64,000 nt of DNA from Anaerolineae bacterium (GTDB lineage: Bacteria; Chloroflexota; Anaerolineae; Aggregatilineales; Phototrophicaceae). Below the pieces are notes generated by a model. That model had not been told where the DNA came from. It was given only the letters and a program-made list of their open reading frames with translations, and made no database searches. The translations under genes were made by a program, and so were the position numbers. Numbering within the stretch: position 1 is the first letter of the stretch; each line of letters starts with the position of its first letter. The stretch is from positions 23,940 to 87,939 of the forward strand of contig DAOTUQ010000057.1 of the NCBI GenBank assembly GCA_034437055.1. The letters are read 5' to 3'. Below are positions 51,983 through 61,181 of the stretch, one piece after another.

Positions 51983-52792
51983 GTGAAACAAGGAGCAAAC
52001 GACATGGATAGCGCCCGTACCCGACTGAACGACGAGTCGTCCGGCGTCGAAACGTCCCGCTCGGCGTCGGAAACACGCCCCCCCATCACCCTGATCATCC
52101 TCACGATCCTGACCATCGCCGCGACGGCGTTCGGGCTGTACATGGGTTTCGTGCGCGCGGGGACAGATATTGATCAGGGGAATATCCAGCGCATTTTCTA
52201 CATTCACATGCCGTCATTCTTCGGCGCCATGTTGGCGTTCGGCGCGGCGGTCGTCGGTGGGATCATGTATCTGCGAACGCGCAAGCTCAAATGGGACACG
52301 CTGTCGCTGGCGGGCGTCGAAATCGGCATCGCGCTGGCATTGGTCAACCTTGTGACGGGCGCGATTTGGGCGCGTCCGATCTGGAATACATGGTGGAACT
52401 GGGATCCGCGCCTGACCGCCGACGCGATCATGATCTTGACCTATGCCGCCTATCTGATGCTGCGCAGCGGCATCGACAACGCCGAAACGCGCCGCCGCTT
52501 CGCGTCCGTGTATGGCATTTTGGCGTTCGTATCGGTGCTGTTGGTGTTCATCATCCCGCGCATCATCCCGACGACCATTCATCCCATCGTGATTGGTCCC
52601 GTGTTCACCAGTTCCGAGATGGCGCAGGGTGGTTTCGAGCTGCAAGCGTCGGCGGGCGTTGGCGCGGCATTGGGCATCAACTTCATCATCTGGGCGTTGC
52701 TCATCCCGGTGACGCTGTTGTGGTATCGCATCCGGCTGCAAACCCTAGCGACAGACGTAGAAGCGTTGCGCGCTCAGGTGTTGGAGTCGTGA
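51983..52792 (+). CDS. ccmC: Haem exporter / haem-handling protein CcmC
   Basis: WWD motif WARPIWNTWWNWDPRLTA. The start is ambiguous (GTG 51983 or ATG 52004). Confidence 0.88.
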   Translation: MKQGANDMDSARTRLNDESSGVETSRSASETRPPITLIILTILTIAATAFGLYMGFVRAGTDIDQGNIQRIFYIHMPSFFGAMLAFGAAVVGGIMYLRTRKLKWDTLSLAGVEIGIALALVNLVTGAIWARPIWNTWWNWDPRLTADAIMILTYAAYLMLRSGIDNAETRRRFASVYGILAFVSVLLVFIIPRIIPTTIHPIVIGPVFTSSEMAQGGFELQASAGVGAALGINFIIWALLIPVTLLWYRIRLQTLATDVEALRAQVLES

Positions 52793-53643
52793 AAACGTTC
52801 TTGATTTTGCTCGTTATACTGCTCGCCGCGTTCCCCGCGTTTGCGCAAGACCCAGAAGCAACCGCCGAACCGCTCACGCTCTACAGCCATCCGACGGAAC
52901 GCTACCATATCGTCATTCCGCCCGGATGGAGGGATTTCAGCACGCCCACGTATATGCTGATGGAGGGCGGCATCATGGTGCGCGTCTTTGCGCGCTCGAC
53001 GCGCACCCCCGAGGTCGCTGTGGCGCTGGCGGAGTCGCTGTCGATGTTTTTGCCCGGCTCGGACATCGCGCCCGATGCGACTGAGACGCTGATCTTGCCC
53101 AACGGCACATGGACGCGCGTGCTGTATCCGTCCCTTGAGGGGGGCGCGCTGACGGCGTATGTTCAATCTTATGAGGGCGTGCATTACGTCTTGATGTTCA
53201 TGAGCGCGACGGGCGCGCGTCCGCTGGTCGTGCCGCTGGAAGATGCCCGCGCTGACGGCGCGTTGGCGGATGCCGCGCGCGCCGCCGTCACATTGATCGC
53301 GTCCGATGTAACGTTGAACGATACGGCGGGCGACTCCATCGAGGTGTTGGGACAGGCTTATACGCCGTTCACGGCGCGCGATGGCACGTTGACGGCATGG
53401 ACGCGCATCGTCGGCAGTTCGGGCTATGTGCTGGTCACAATGAACGGCGAAGCGCCGGACGATGCGGCGTTCTTTACGATTCTGCTGGATTTCTTCCTCA
53501 CGCCAGAGACGACGGATTACTTGGCGCTCGGCGTCGTCGCGGTCGTGGTGGTGATCGGCGCGCTGCTGTTGAGCTTGATCGTCCGCGCGCGCAATCTGCG
53601 CAAAGATATGGCAACGCTGCGAGAAATCGAACGCACAACGTAG
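52789..53643 (+). CDS. Secreted/anchored hypothetical protein translationally coupled to ccmC
   Basis: GTG 52789 overlaps the ccmC TGA (GTGA). Signal peptide LLAAFPAFAQ and C-terminal TM LALGVVAVVVVIGALLLSLIV. Confidence 0.6.
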   Translation: MKTFLILLVILLAAFPAFAQDPEATAEPLTLYSHPTERYHIVIPPGWRDFSTPTYMLMEGGIMVRVFARSTRTPEVAVALAESLSMFLPGSDIAPDATETLILPNGTWTRVLYPSLEGGALTAYVQSYEGVHYVLMFMSATGARPLVVPLEDARADGALADAARAAVTLIASDVTLNDTAGDSIEVLGQAYTPFTARDGTLTAWTRIVGSSGYVLVTMNGEAPDDAAFFTILLDFFLTPETTDYLALGVVAVVVVIGALLLSLIVRARNLRKDMATLREIERTT

Positions 53644-53662
53644 GGGCGCGCCTCGCCCCTAC
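53640..53662. terminator. Stem-loop between convergent genes
   Basis: GTAGGGGCG-CGCCT-CGCCCCTAC, which contains the TAG stop of the plus-strand gene. Confidence 0.45.
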
Positions 53663-53733
53663 ATCATTCGCATCCAAACGGGCGTGCCAGCCGCACGCCC
53701 CTACACCGTTGGCATTCCGATTTCGATAATCCC

Positions 53734-54957
53734 TTAGCCCCGCATGAACACCAATGCGCCCGTCGTCGTCCCGCCCTCGCGCGTCTCGGCGCTGTAGGTG
53801 ATCGTCAACGTGTCACCGCTGACACTAAAATTCGTCGCCCCCGCCAACGCGGTCAAAAATTCGGCTTCCAGTTCCATGATCGTCGGATCGCACGCCAAGC
53901 GCGTCGATCCGAGCGCCGCGAACGTGATCGTATCGTCGGTGAACGCGAAGCCGCCGAAGAAGCGATTACAGCCAGAATTCCCGGTGACTCCGTTCGGCTC
54001 GAAAATCAGTGTCGGCGTCGTTTCTGCCAATGGCACGCGCAGCGCCGCCGGGTCGCCCAGTCCTGTCAGCGTCCATGTGCCAGCCAGCGCGCCAGCCGAG
54101 GCGACCGTTTCTGTCGGTTGGGGCATGGGAGTCTCCGTCATCGTGTTCGCTGCGCCGCCTGCCGCGCCCGTCGCGCCGAATTGGAACGACGTGATCAACG
54201 CATCCAACGCATCCAATGACGGTGCGAAATCGGACGGCGCGGACTCGTTGAGCGCGGCGGTCGTCTCGGCAAAATAGGTCGTCATATTGGCGTTGAAGGC
54301 GTTGTAATCGAAGTCCGCCGGGATGTCAGTCGGCAGCACCGCCGCTGAGATGGGAATCGTCACTGCAATGTAGCGCGTGCCGTCCGCGCTGACCCCTTGA
54401 AATGTATATTGAACGCGGTCACTGGTGAACGGCGACGCATCTTGCGAATAGATCGCCAGATAGCGAATCCCGCTCAACGACCCCGACCCCACATAAATGG
54501 GCTGTGCGCGCAGGGCTTGGGCGGCGTTCGCGGTGGGCAAATACGGCAGTTCTGGATTCTGATTCATGTCCGCGTTGATGGTCATGAACTGCGCCAAGTC
54601 GGGGCGCGTCGCCAACAGCGTCCGCAGCGCGTCCGCCTGGGCTGTGAACTGTGGATACGCTGCGAAGTCCACCGTATCGAACAGATACACCGTCGCCAAC
54701 GGTAACGCGCTCGGATCGGTGGCTTGTGCGTCGCTCAAGAAGTCGATGCGCGTGTGTGGTGGCACGGGCCCACCCGGATACACGACATCGGGCGCGTCGC
54801 CGGGCGCGTTCACCACGCGAACGGTCGTCGCCAACGTCGCAGCGTAGGTCAAGCTGAAATCGTCATGCGTGAGGGTGTGCGTGTCTTGCGCGGCGGCGGG
54901 CAAACTGAACCCTACCAGCAGCGCCAATCCGAATAGAGCGGTCAATGTTCGTTTCAT
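53734..54957 (-). CDS. Secreted protein with a C-terminal META (HslJ-like) domain
   Basis: Signal peptide ...SLPAAAQ. The C-terminus NSGCNRFFGGFAFTDDTITFAALGSTRLAC...MELEAEFL is META-like. Confidence 0.72.
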   Translation of the reverse strand: MKRTLTALFGLALLVGFSLPAAAQDTHTLTHDDFSLTYAATLATTVRVVNAPGDAPDVVYPGGPVPPHTRIDFLSDAQATDPSALPLATVYLFDTVDFAAYPQFTAQADALRTLLATRPDLAQFMTINADMNQNPELPYLPTANAAQALRAQPIYVGSGSLSGIRYLAIYSQDASPFTSDRVQYTFQGVSADGTRYIAVTIPISAAVLPTDIPADFDYNAFNANMTTYFAETTAALNESAPSDFAPSLDALDALITSFQFGATGAAGGAANTMTETPMPQPTETVASAGALAGTWTLTGLGDPAALRVPLAETTPTLIFEPNGVTGNSGCNRFFGGFAFTDDTITFAALGSTRLACDPTIMELEAEFLTALAGATNFSVSGDTLTITYSAETREGGTTTGALVFMRG

Positions 54958-55137
54958 CGGGTCGATATCCTTTTCATTTGAACAGAGACGAGAGTCTAGC
55001 GCGTGTCGTTCCCGATTCAGGTGACGGATGCCCGCCGCGCGCCCTACGCGCCTCGTTTCATCATCGCACCAATAAGTATGACTGTGAATCGACCAGTCGC
55101 CCTATTTTCTCCGCACGCCTTGCGTTCAGCCGTTGCT

Positions 55138-55605
55138 TTATCCCTCTGCCTTGTCCGGTTGGATCAGCATGACCGGAACCAGCGAACACTCCATCAATTC
55201 GCGCGCCACGCTGCCGAATAACAGCCGCCGTAAGCCGGTGCGTCCGTGCGTACTCATGATGATGAGATCGACATTTTCTTCGGCGCAGAACGCGCAGATC
55301 ATCTCGACCACGCCGCCGCCGTCCAAGACCACGGCGCGCACGGTGATATGCTCCTGTTCTAGTTCGTGCCGGACGCCGTGCAAATGCTGTTCGATCTCTG
55401 CGCGCGCCTCGTCGATCTGTCCTTCTTGCCCCGCCAGCGTGATCCGGTCGATGAACTCGCGCGCGGGCGATTGGAAAATGTGGACGAGGATGATCTCAGA
55501 GCTGTTCATGCGGGCGATATCGCAGGCATCCGGGATCACCCGGCGCGCCCAACCTGATCCATCCAGCGGGACGACGATTTTCTTGTAGCGACTGGTTCGG
55601 GTCAT
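55138..55605 (-). CDS. Universal stress protein (UspA family)
   Basis: KKIVVPLDGS and MSTHGRTGLRRLLFGSVA. Start chosen at ATG 55605. Confidence 0.85.
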   Translation of the reverse strand: MTRTSRYKKIVVPLDGSGWARRVIPDACDIARMNSSEIILVHIFQSPAREFIDRITLAGQEGQIDEARAEIEQHLHGVRHELEQEHITVRAVVLDGGGVVEMICAFCAEENVDLIIMSTHGRTGLRRLLFGSVARELMECSLVPVMLIQPDKAEG

Positions 55606-55744
55606 GGTAAGTCTGCCTTTTGAGTTCAAAACTGAAGCGAATGAGGGTACGGTGCGATTTTTTCTAATGGCTCGTCCGGCATTACTTTTCAACTTCTTTT
55701 CTCAATTGTGCCGCAGATGATCGAATCATGACAATCGAGATCGT

Positions 55745-55779
55745 TTGTGTTGACGTTCACAATCAAAATCTCATATAAT
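55745..55779 (+). promoter_or_regulatory. Candidate promoter of the MFS gene with a CRP-like palindrome
   Basis: TTGTGT-TGACGT-TCACAA at 55745-55762, with an embedded TTGACG, an 18-nt spacer and TATAAT (55774-55779). Confidence 0.5.
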
Positions 55780-55821
55780 GGGGAGACAAAATCTGTATAA
55801 ATCTACATAAATCGGATAAAA

Positions 55822-57255
55822 ATGGAAACGCAGACTCCCGAATCGCTGTCCATCCTGCGCAATATCAAGATCGGCTTGTTCCATCTGGGATCGGGCATGA
55901 CCGATATCATCCTCAATGGCGTTTGGAATCGCATTATGATCAGCGATTTGGGCTTCAGCGCCACGCCGATCAGCTTGTTGTTGGCGCTGCGTTATTTCCT
56001 CGCGCCATTGGGCGTATGGGCGGGGCGCATGTCGGATCGGCGCACGCTGGGCGGCTATCGACGCTTGTTCTGGATTTGGAGCGGGCGCTTGATGATGGCG
56101 GTGAGTATTGCCGTCGTCGGCTTGACGACCGCCAGCCTCGTGCGGGGTGACAGCGCGGATATGCTCGATTGGGCGGTGTTCACGCTGTCGTTGTTGTTCT
56201 TCAGTTTCGGCTACGCTACGTCCGGCAGCACCTTCTTGGCGCTGATCTACGACCGCACACCGGAGCATCAGCGCGGGCGCGCCGTCGGCATCGTGTGGAC
56301 ATTCCTGCTGCTCGGCTTCACGCTCGGCGGCGTGCTGTTCAGCGTGCTGCTGCCGTCCGCATCGACGGAGCGTGAACCGCTCACGGTCGTACAGAGCGCG
56401 GACGGCGTGACGCACAGTCTGCCCTTCACGCCGGAGACGATCCAGACGTTGTTCGTCGGCGCGGCGATCTTCCTCGCTGTGCTGTGGGTTGTCTCGCTGA
56501 TTGGCGAAGAAAAACGCATGAAACCAGGCGAAGTGGCGCTCACAACGGGTACAGCGGACGCCGAAAGCACATCGAGTCTGCGCGCCGACCTGCGCGCGGC
56601 ATGGAGCGACCGCCGGACACGCTATTTCTTCTGGTTCTTGGGCTTGTCGATGATGTGCGCGTTCTCGCAAGATGCCATCCTTGAGCCGTTCGCGGGCGAG
56701 GTGTTCGGCATGGACGCGCGGATCACGACGCGCTTTGCGGCGTATTGGGGGAGCATGGCGATCTTGGGAACACTCGTGTTTCTGTTCCTCTCGCGCCGCT
56801 ACAAACGCTTGACCAACACGGTTATGAACTATATCGGCGTCAGTTTGCTGCTGGCAACGTTCGTCTTGCTCGCGTTCGCGGCGGTGGCGGGCTTGCGCGC
56901 GTTGGTGACGCCGGGCTTGATCCTGCTCGGACTCGGCTTGGGCATCTGGAACGTCGGCACGCTTGGCTTGATGATGGATATGAGTCCGTTCGGGCGTGCC
57001 GGCACGTTCTTGGGCTTCTGGACGCTGGTGGTCACGGTTGCGCGCGGCTTGGGCGTGGGCAGCGGCGGCATTATCCACGATATCGGCTTCGCGCTGACGG
57101 GCAACGAACCGCTGGCATACGGCTTCGTGTTCATTTTGGGCGCGGTCGGATTGGGCGCGTCGCTGTGGGCGCTGCGCCGTGTGCATGTGAACGACTTCAA
57201 GCAGGACAGCAACAAGCGCGATACCGCAGCGGTGTTCGCAGGCGCGATGGATTAA
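55822..57255 (+). CDS. MFS transporter of the BCD (PucC/LhaA-like) family
   Basis: LFHLGSGMTDIILNGVWNRIMISDLGFSATPISLLLALRYFLAPLGVWAGRMSD is characteristic of PucC-type MFS proteins. 12 TMs. Confidence 0.75.
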   Translation: METQTPESLSILRNIKIGLFHLGSGMTDIILNGVWNRIMISDLGFSATPISLLLALRYFLAPLGVWAGRMSDRRTLGGYRRLFWIWSGRLMMAVSIAVVGLTTASLVRGDSADMLDWAVFTLSLLFFSFGYATSGSTFLALIYDRTPEHQRGRAVGIVWTFLLLGFTLGGVLFSVLLPSASTEREPLTVVQSADGVTHSLPFTPETIQTLFVGAAIFLAVLWVVSLIGEEKRMKPGEVALTTGTADAESTSSLRADLRAAWSDRRTRYFFWFLGLSMMCAFSQDAILEPFAGEVFGMDARITTRFAAYWGSMAILGTLVFLFLSRRYKRLTNTVMNYIGVSLLLATFVLLAFAAVAGLRALVTPGLILLGLGLGIWNVGTLGLMMDMSPFGRAGTFLGFWTLVVTVARGLGVGSGGIIHDIGFALTGNEPLAYGFVFILGAVGLGASLWALRRVHVNDFKQDSNKRDTAAVFAGAMD

Positions 57256-57276
57256 GGCTACAAGATTTTCCGTCGT

Positions 57277-57303
57277 CCGCCAGAGTCTTTGAGCCTCTGG
57301 CGG
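57277..57303. terminator. Stem-loop between the convergent MFS and dioxygenase genes
   Basis: CCGCCAGAG-N9-CTCTGGCGG. No U-run. Confidence 0.35.
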
Positions 57304-57394
57304 CGGCTGAACGGCTCATGCTGCCGCGCTGATCGCTTAACTTCGGGCGTGTGCCTGTGATGGGCGACTCAGGCGGAGACGTGCAAGTTGGGGG

Positions 57395-58237
57395 TTAAGC
57401 GCCCGGCGGACGACTCGGACGCCCGCCGCCCATACCGCCCGCTTCGACGGGTTCGGCGCTCAAATCCAGCCCAATACTGAAGTTGGCGCTGTAGCTGCCG
57501 TCCTCGTCCTCGACCAGTTCCAGCGTCAGCAAGCCGTCGCTGCCCTGAAAGATGCCATCGGCGTCGTTGGGGGTGTCGGGCGTCGCGCCTTTGCCCGCAT
57601 ACGCTTCATCGGCGTAGATCGCTGTGACTTGATCCGGATCGAAGAACAACTGCGACGTAAATTCGTAGCCCGCCGCCGCGGCGGGGTCGGTGCGAATCTT
57701 GAAGTGGATATGCACGGCGCGCCCGCTGTACCAATCCGGTACGATGGTCGTGAACGCCGCCGCGCCATTCGCGTCCGTGAGCTGATAGCCGCGTAAAAAC
57801 GTCAGCGCGCGGGTATCGAAGCGGCGATCCTGCACGCCGGAATACACGCCGAGCGCGTCGCAATGCCACACATCGACCTGCACGCCTTCCAACGGACTGC
57901 ACACGCCGCCCGTCACGTCGGACACGGTGTAGTTCAGCTTTAAGACGACGCCCGCTTTGATGCTGTCATCCGACGGTTCAACGCGAATATCGGAGCGATT
58001 CAGCATTTCATCGACGAAGTAGGGTCCCTCGTTGAGCGCGGGACGCACGACGCACGAGGGAACGGCGGTCGCCGTTCCGGTCAGCGTCGGCATGGGGGTG
58101 ACGGTCGTTTGTGCGCCGACGAGCTTGACGCCCGCCGCCCCGACGAGCGCAACCGCGCCCGCGCCGCCCAACAGCGCCAAAATTTCGCGGCGGCTCAGAA
58201 CGCGCCCAATTGGGCGATCATCATCGTGCAGTTCCAT
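57395..58237 (-). CDS. Secreted intradiol ring-cleavage dioxygenase-like protein
   Basis: Tat-like RREILALLGGAGAVAL, then VDVWHCDALGVYSG and GRAVHIHFKI. Confidence 0.78.
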   Translation of the reverse strand: MELHDDDRPIGRVLSRREILALLGGAGAVALVGAAGVKLVGAQTTVTPMPTLTGTATAVPSCVVRPALNEGPYFVDEMLNRSDIRVEPSDDSIKAGVVLKLNYTVSDVTGGVCSPLEGVQVDVWHCDALGVYSGVQDRRFDTRALTFLRGYQLTDANGAAAFTTIVPDWYSGRAVHIHFKIRTDPAAAAGYEFTSQLFFDPDQVTAIYADEAYAGKGATPDTPNDADGIFQGSDGLLTLELVEDEDGSYSANFSIGLDLSAEPVEAGGMGGGRPSRPPGA

Positions 58238-58407
58238 CGTGTGCTTGTCCTATTGGTATCGATTACCGACTGATGATACGCTGCCGTGCCGTGAAAAGAA
58301 CGCCAACAGCGTAAAAACGACGTAAACTTAATGTAACGTGGCATAATTTCCGCCCACGCGCCAAGATTCGCTACAATATAGTGTATTCGAGTTGGAATCC
58401 AGACGCC

Positions 58408-60468
58408 ATGAACGATGCCTTTGTCCTGAATCACATCAAGAATATCCCGCTGTTCGAGCGCCTGACGCCGGAGCAACTGGCGGCGCTCTCGCTGCAATTC
58501 CAAGTGTTGCGCTTCGAGCCGGGCGAGATCGTGTTCGCGCAGGGGCAACCGACACAGGGCATGTTCATTTTCGTGTCGGGCAAGGCGCTGTTGACGCGCC
58601 AAGTCCAGCCGACGACACCCGGCACGCCAGCGGGCGAACAGCGGCTTGGCTTGATCACGGGCGGACAGTATCTCAATGAAGCCGCGCTGTCCGCGCCGAT
58701 GGTCGAAAGCGCCACGCTGCGCGCCGCCGAGTCGGCGGTCGTGCTATTTTTGTCGCGCGGACGCTTGGAACAAGTGCTGCAAGCGCATCCGGCGCTGCAA
58801 GGGAACTTGCGCGGGCATCTGGACGAACAAGAACAGCACGTCACCAAGCTGCTGTTCACTGGACAGCGCCCGACCGAGATCATCGTGCGCGCGTGGCGGC
58901 GGCATCCGTGGGTGTGGCTGCGCTATACGCCGCTGCCCGTGCTGATCGGCGTGGCGTTGGGCATCGTGGCGCTGATGTTGGGGACGCAATCGGCGGGGAT
59001 CGGGCTGGTGGTCGGCGCGCTGACGTTCATCATCACGGGCAGCGTGTTATTCTATCTCTATTCCGAGTGGAAGGACGACGCGCTGATCCTGACCAGCGAA
59101 CGAATCGTAAAAATTCACAACAATCTGCTGACATTCACCAAGTCGCTGAACGAAATTCCGCTCGAACGCATCTTGGAAGTGAACATCGACCTGCCCGCCG
59201 CCGATGTGCCGTCGCGGCTGTTCAATTATGGCACCGTGATCATCCGCACAGCGGGCGAGACGGGCAATCTGGCGCTCAATATCCTCCCGAATCCACAGTC
59301 GATCCAAACGGTGATCTTCGCGGAGCGTGACCGCTTCAAACAGGTGGTCGAACAGCGCAGTCGCGGCGCGATCCGCGCGGATGTCGAGCGCGCGCTCGGC
59401 TTGCCCAATGCCACCGGCGCGATCAATGCGCCTCCACAAACACCAACCCGCAGCGTTGTGCAGCTTGGTTGGCAAGGGCTGCCGTTCGCCAAGACCCGCT
59501 TCATCAATGAGAAGGGCGAGGTGGTCTATCGCAAGCATTTGACCATCTGGCTGGCACACGTCGCGCTGCCGTCGTTGGCAGTGCTGTTGGGCATCGTCGG
59601 GATGATCGCCGCGCTGGCAGGCGTGTCGATGTTCGGGGACAGCGTGCCGTTGGCGATCATTTTGCCGCTGGCGTTCGCGGTGCTGTTGTTCGGCGTGGTC
59701 TGGTTCTATACGGCGGATTGGGATTGGCGCAACGATACCGTGAGCATCAACTTGCAGACGATCACGATCATCCACAAGCGCCCGCTGTGGCTCGAAAATC
59801 AGATCGACCGCATCAGCCTGAGCCAGATCGACAACGTGATCTCGGATGTGCAGGGCTTACTCAACAGTCTGCTAAATCGGGGCGAAGTCCGCATCTTCTT
59901 GATCGGGGCGGAGAAGCCCAAGATTGTCGATCCCATCTTCGCGCCACAAGAATTCCACGCCGAAATCTCGCGCCGCCAAGCCGAATTGAAGAACAAGCAG
60001 CAGCAGGAACAATCGAAGCAGCAGCGCGAGTCCATCGCGGAGTATCTGCGCGCGTACCATGAGACGATGAGCATGGAACAAGCCGCACAAGTGGGACAAG
60101 GCGGCGCGCCCGCGACCTATCCCCAGCAGCCGACTTATCCAACCCAAGCGCCACCCGCCTATCCGCAAAATCCGTATCCGCCCGCGCCCACGTATGGACA
60201 ATCCGCGCCGTCACAATATCCGCCGCCTGCCGCGCAATCGTACCCGCCGCCGCCCGCGCCGCAATCGTACCCGCCGCCGCCCGCGCAATCGTATCCGCCG
60301 CCCGCGCAATCGTATCCGCCCGCCGCACAACCGTATCCGCCCGCACAATCGTATCCGCCGCCGTCCGCGCCGTTGTTCGATCCGCGCGCCGCCAGCCCGC
60401 CGCCGCCTGCACCATCGGCACCCCGCGACGGATCGCGCCCGCCGAATATTCCCAGACCGCGCCCATAA
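58408..60468 (+). CDS. Cyclic-nucleotide-binding domain / two membrane bPH (YdbT-like) modules / Pro-rich repeat tail
   Basis: cNMP-like FERLTPEQL...FEPGEIVFAQGQPTQGMFIFVSGKA. Two TM-pair plus PH-like units (LILTSERIVKI..., TITIIHKRPLW...). The tail contains YPPPPAQS repeats. Confidence 0.75.
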   Translation: MNDAFVLNHIKNIPLFERLTPEQLAALSLQFQVLRFEPGEIVFAQGQPTQGMFIFVSGKALLTRQVQPTTPGTPAGEQRLGLITGGQYLNEAALSAPMVESATLRAAESAVVLFLSRGRLEQVLQAHPALQGNLRGHLDEQEQHVTKLLFTGQRPTEIIVRAWRRHPWVWLRYTPLPVLIGVALGIVALMLGTQSAGIGLVVGALTFIITGSVLFYLYSEWKDDALILTSERIVKIHNNLLTFTKSLNEIPLERILEVNIDLPAADVPSRLFNYGTVIIRTAGETGNLALNILPNPQSIQTVIFAERDRFKQVVEQRSRGAIRADVERALGLPNATGAINAPPQTPTRSVVQLGWQGLPFAKTRFINEKGEVVYRKHLTIWLAHVALPSLAVLLGIVGMIAALAGVSMFGDSVPLAIILPLAFAVLLFGVVWFYTADWDWRNDTVSINLQTITIIHKRPLWLENQIDRISLSQIDNVISDVQGLLNSLLNRGEVRIFLIGAEKPKIVDPIFAPQEFHAEISRRQAELKNKQQQEQSKQQRESIAEYLRAYHETMSMEQAAQVGQGGAPATYPQQPTYPTQAPPAYPQNPYPPAPTYGQSAPSQYPPPAAQSYPPPPAPQSYPPPPAQSYPPPAQSYPPAAQPYPPAQSYPPPSAPLFDPRAASPPPPAPSAPRDGSRPPNIPRPRP

Positions 60469-60473
60469 AGCAT

Positions 60474-60516
60474 AACCTCCCCCCGTCCCCTCTCGATGTC
60501 GAGACGGGGGTGATCG
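60474..60516. repeat. Palindromic repeat family copy R3 (first module only)
   Basis: AACCTCCCCCCGTCCCCTCTCGATGTCGAGACGGGGGTG aligns with the start of R1 (25149-25195) and with 47271-47293. Confidence 0.75.
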
Positions 60517-60611
60517 TGCGCTTGAGCAACGTGATTGGATGGAAAAGCGACACGCAGTGCGGTTTCGCGTTAAAATAAAGCTTACCGATCAATGAAGAGG
60601 GCAGCATTCAC

Positions 60612-61172
60612 ATGGCGATCCAAACCCGCTGGACAGTCGCCGCTTACGAGCAGTTCATCGCACTACCAGAAAACACCGACCGCCGCATTGAACTGATCGA
60701 TGGGGAGATCGTCGAAAAAAACATGCCGACACAAGAACATGGCGTCACTGGCTCGATCCTGAATGGGATGTTATTCATTTGGTGGGACAAGGGTGGGCGG
60801 AAGGGCTGGCTGATGATCGAAACGCGCGTCGGCTTGCCCGACGACGACGCCAATGACCGCATCCCTGACTTGTCGTACATCACGCCCGAACGCGCTGAAC
60901 CGCTGCGGCGCAAGGGAGCAGTACCGTACATGCCCGATCTCGCCGTCGAAATCCTGTCACCGGATGAGTCGCTGGCAAAGACGCGCGCTAAAATCCAATA
61001 TTATCTCGATCATGGGACGCGGCTGGCATGGCTGCTGATTCCGGCGAAACGCGCCATCGAAGTGTACCGCGCGAATGGCGAGGTCGAATTGTTGACTGCC
61101 GAACAAGATGATATTCTCGACGGCGGCGACGTGTTACTCGGATTCGCTGCGAACGTTAAAACAATTGTTTAG
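60612..61172 (+). CDS. Uma2 family endonuclease
   Basis: IELIDGEIVEK, PDLSYI, MPDLAVEILSPDES and KIQYYLDHGTRLAWLL. Confidence 0.88.
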   Translation: MAIQTRWTVAAYEQFIALPENTDRRIELIDGEIVEKNMPTQEHGVTGSILNGMLFIWWDKGGRKGWLMIETRVGLPDDDANDRIPDLSYITPERAEPLRRKGAVPYMPDLAVEILSPDESLAKTRAKIQYYLDHGTRLAWLLIPAKRAIEVYRANGEVELLTAEQDDILDGGDVLLGFAANVKTIV

Positions 61173-61181
61173 GAATTTGCG

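Noticed and set aside
55771-57186. 471-aa minus-strand ORF
   Set aside because: It is antisense to the 12-TM MFS gene, with Arg/Gln/His-rich low-complexity composition.
55822-57255. Inferring phototrophy from the PucC-like MFS transporter
   Set aside because: A single family resemblance is not enough. No reaction-centre, bch or antenna genes are in the window.
60216-60365. Regularly spaced short direct repeats that could superficially resemble a CRISPR-like array
   Set aside because: The units are 21-27 nt, contiguous with no spacers, and in frame within a Pro-rich coding tail. No cas genes are present.
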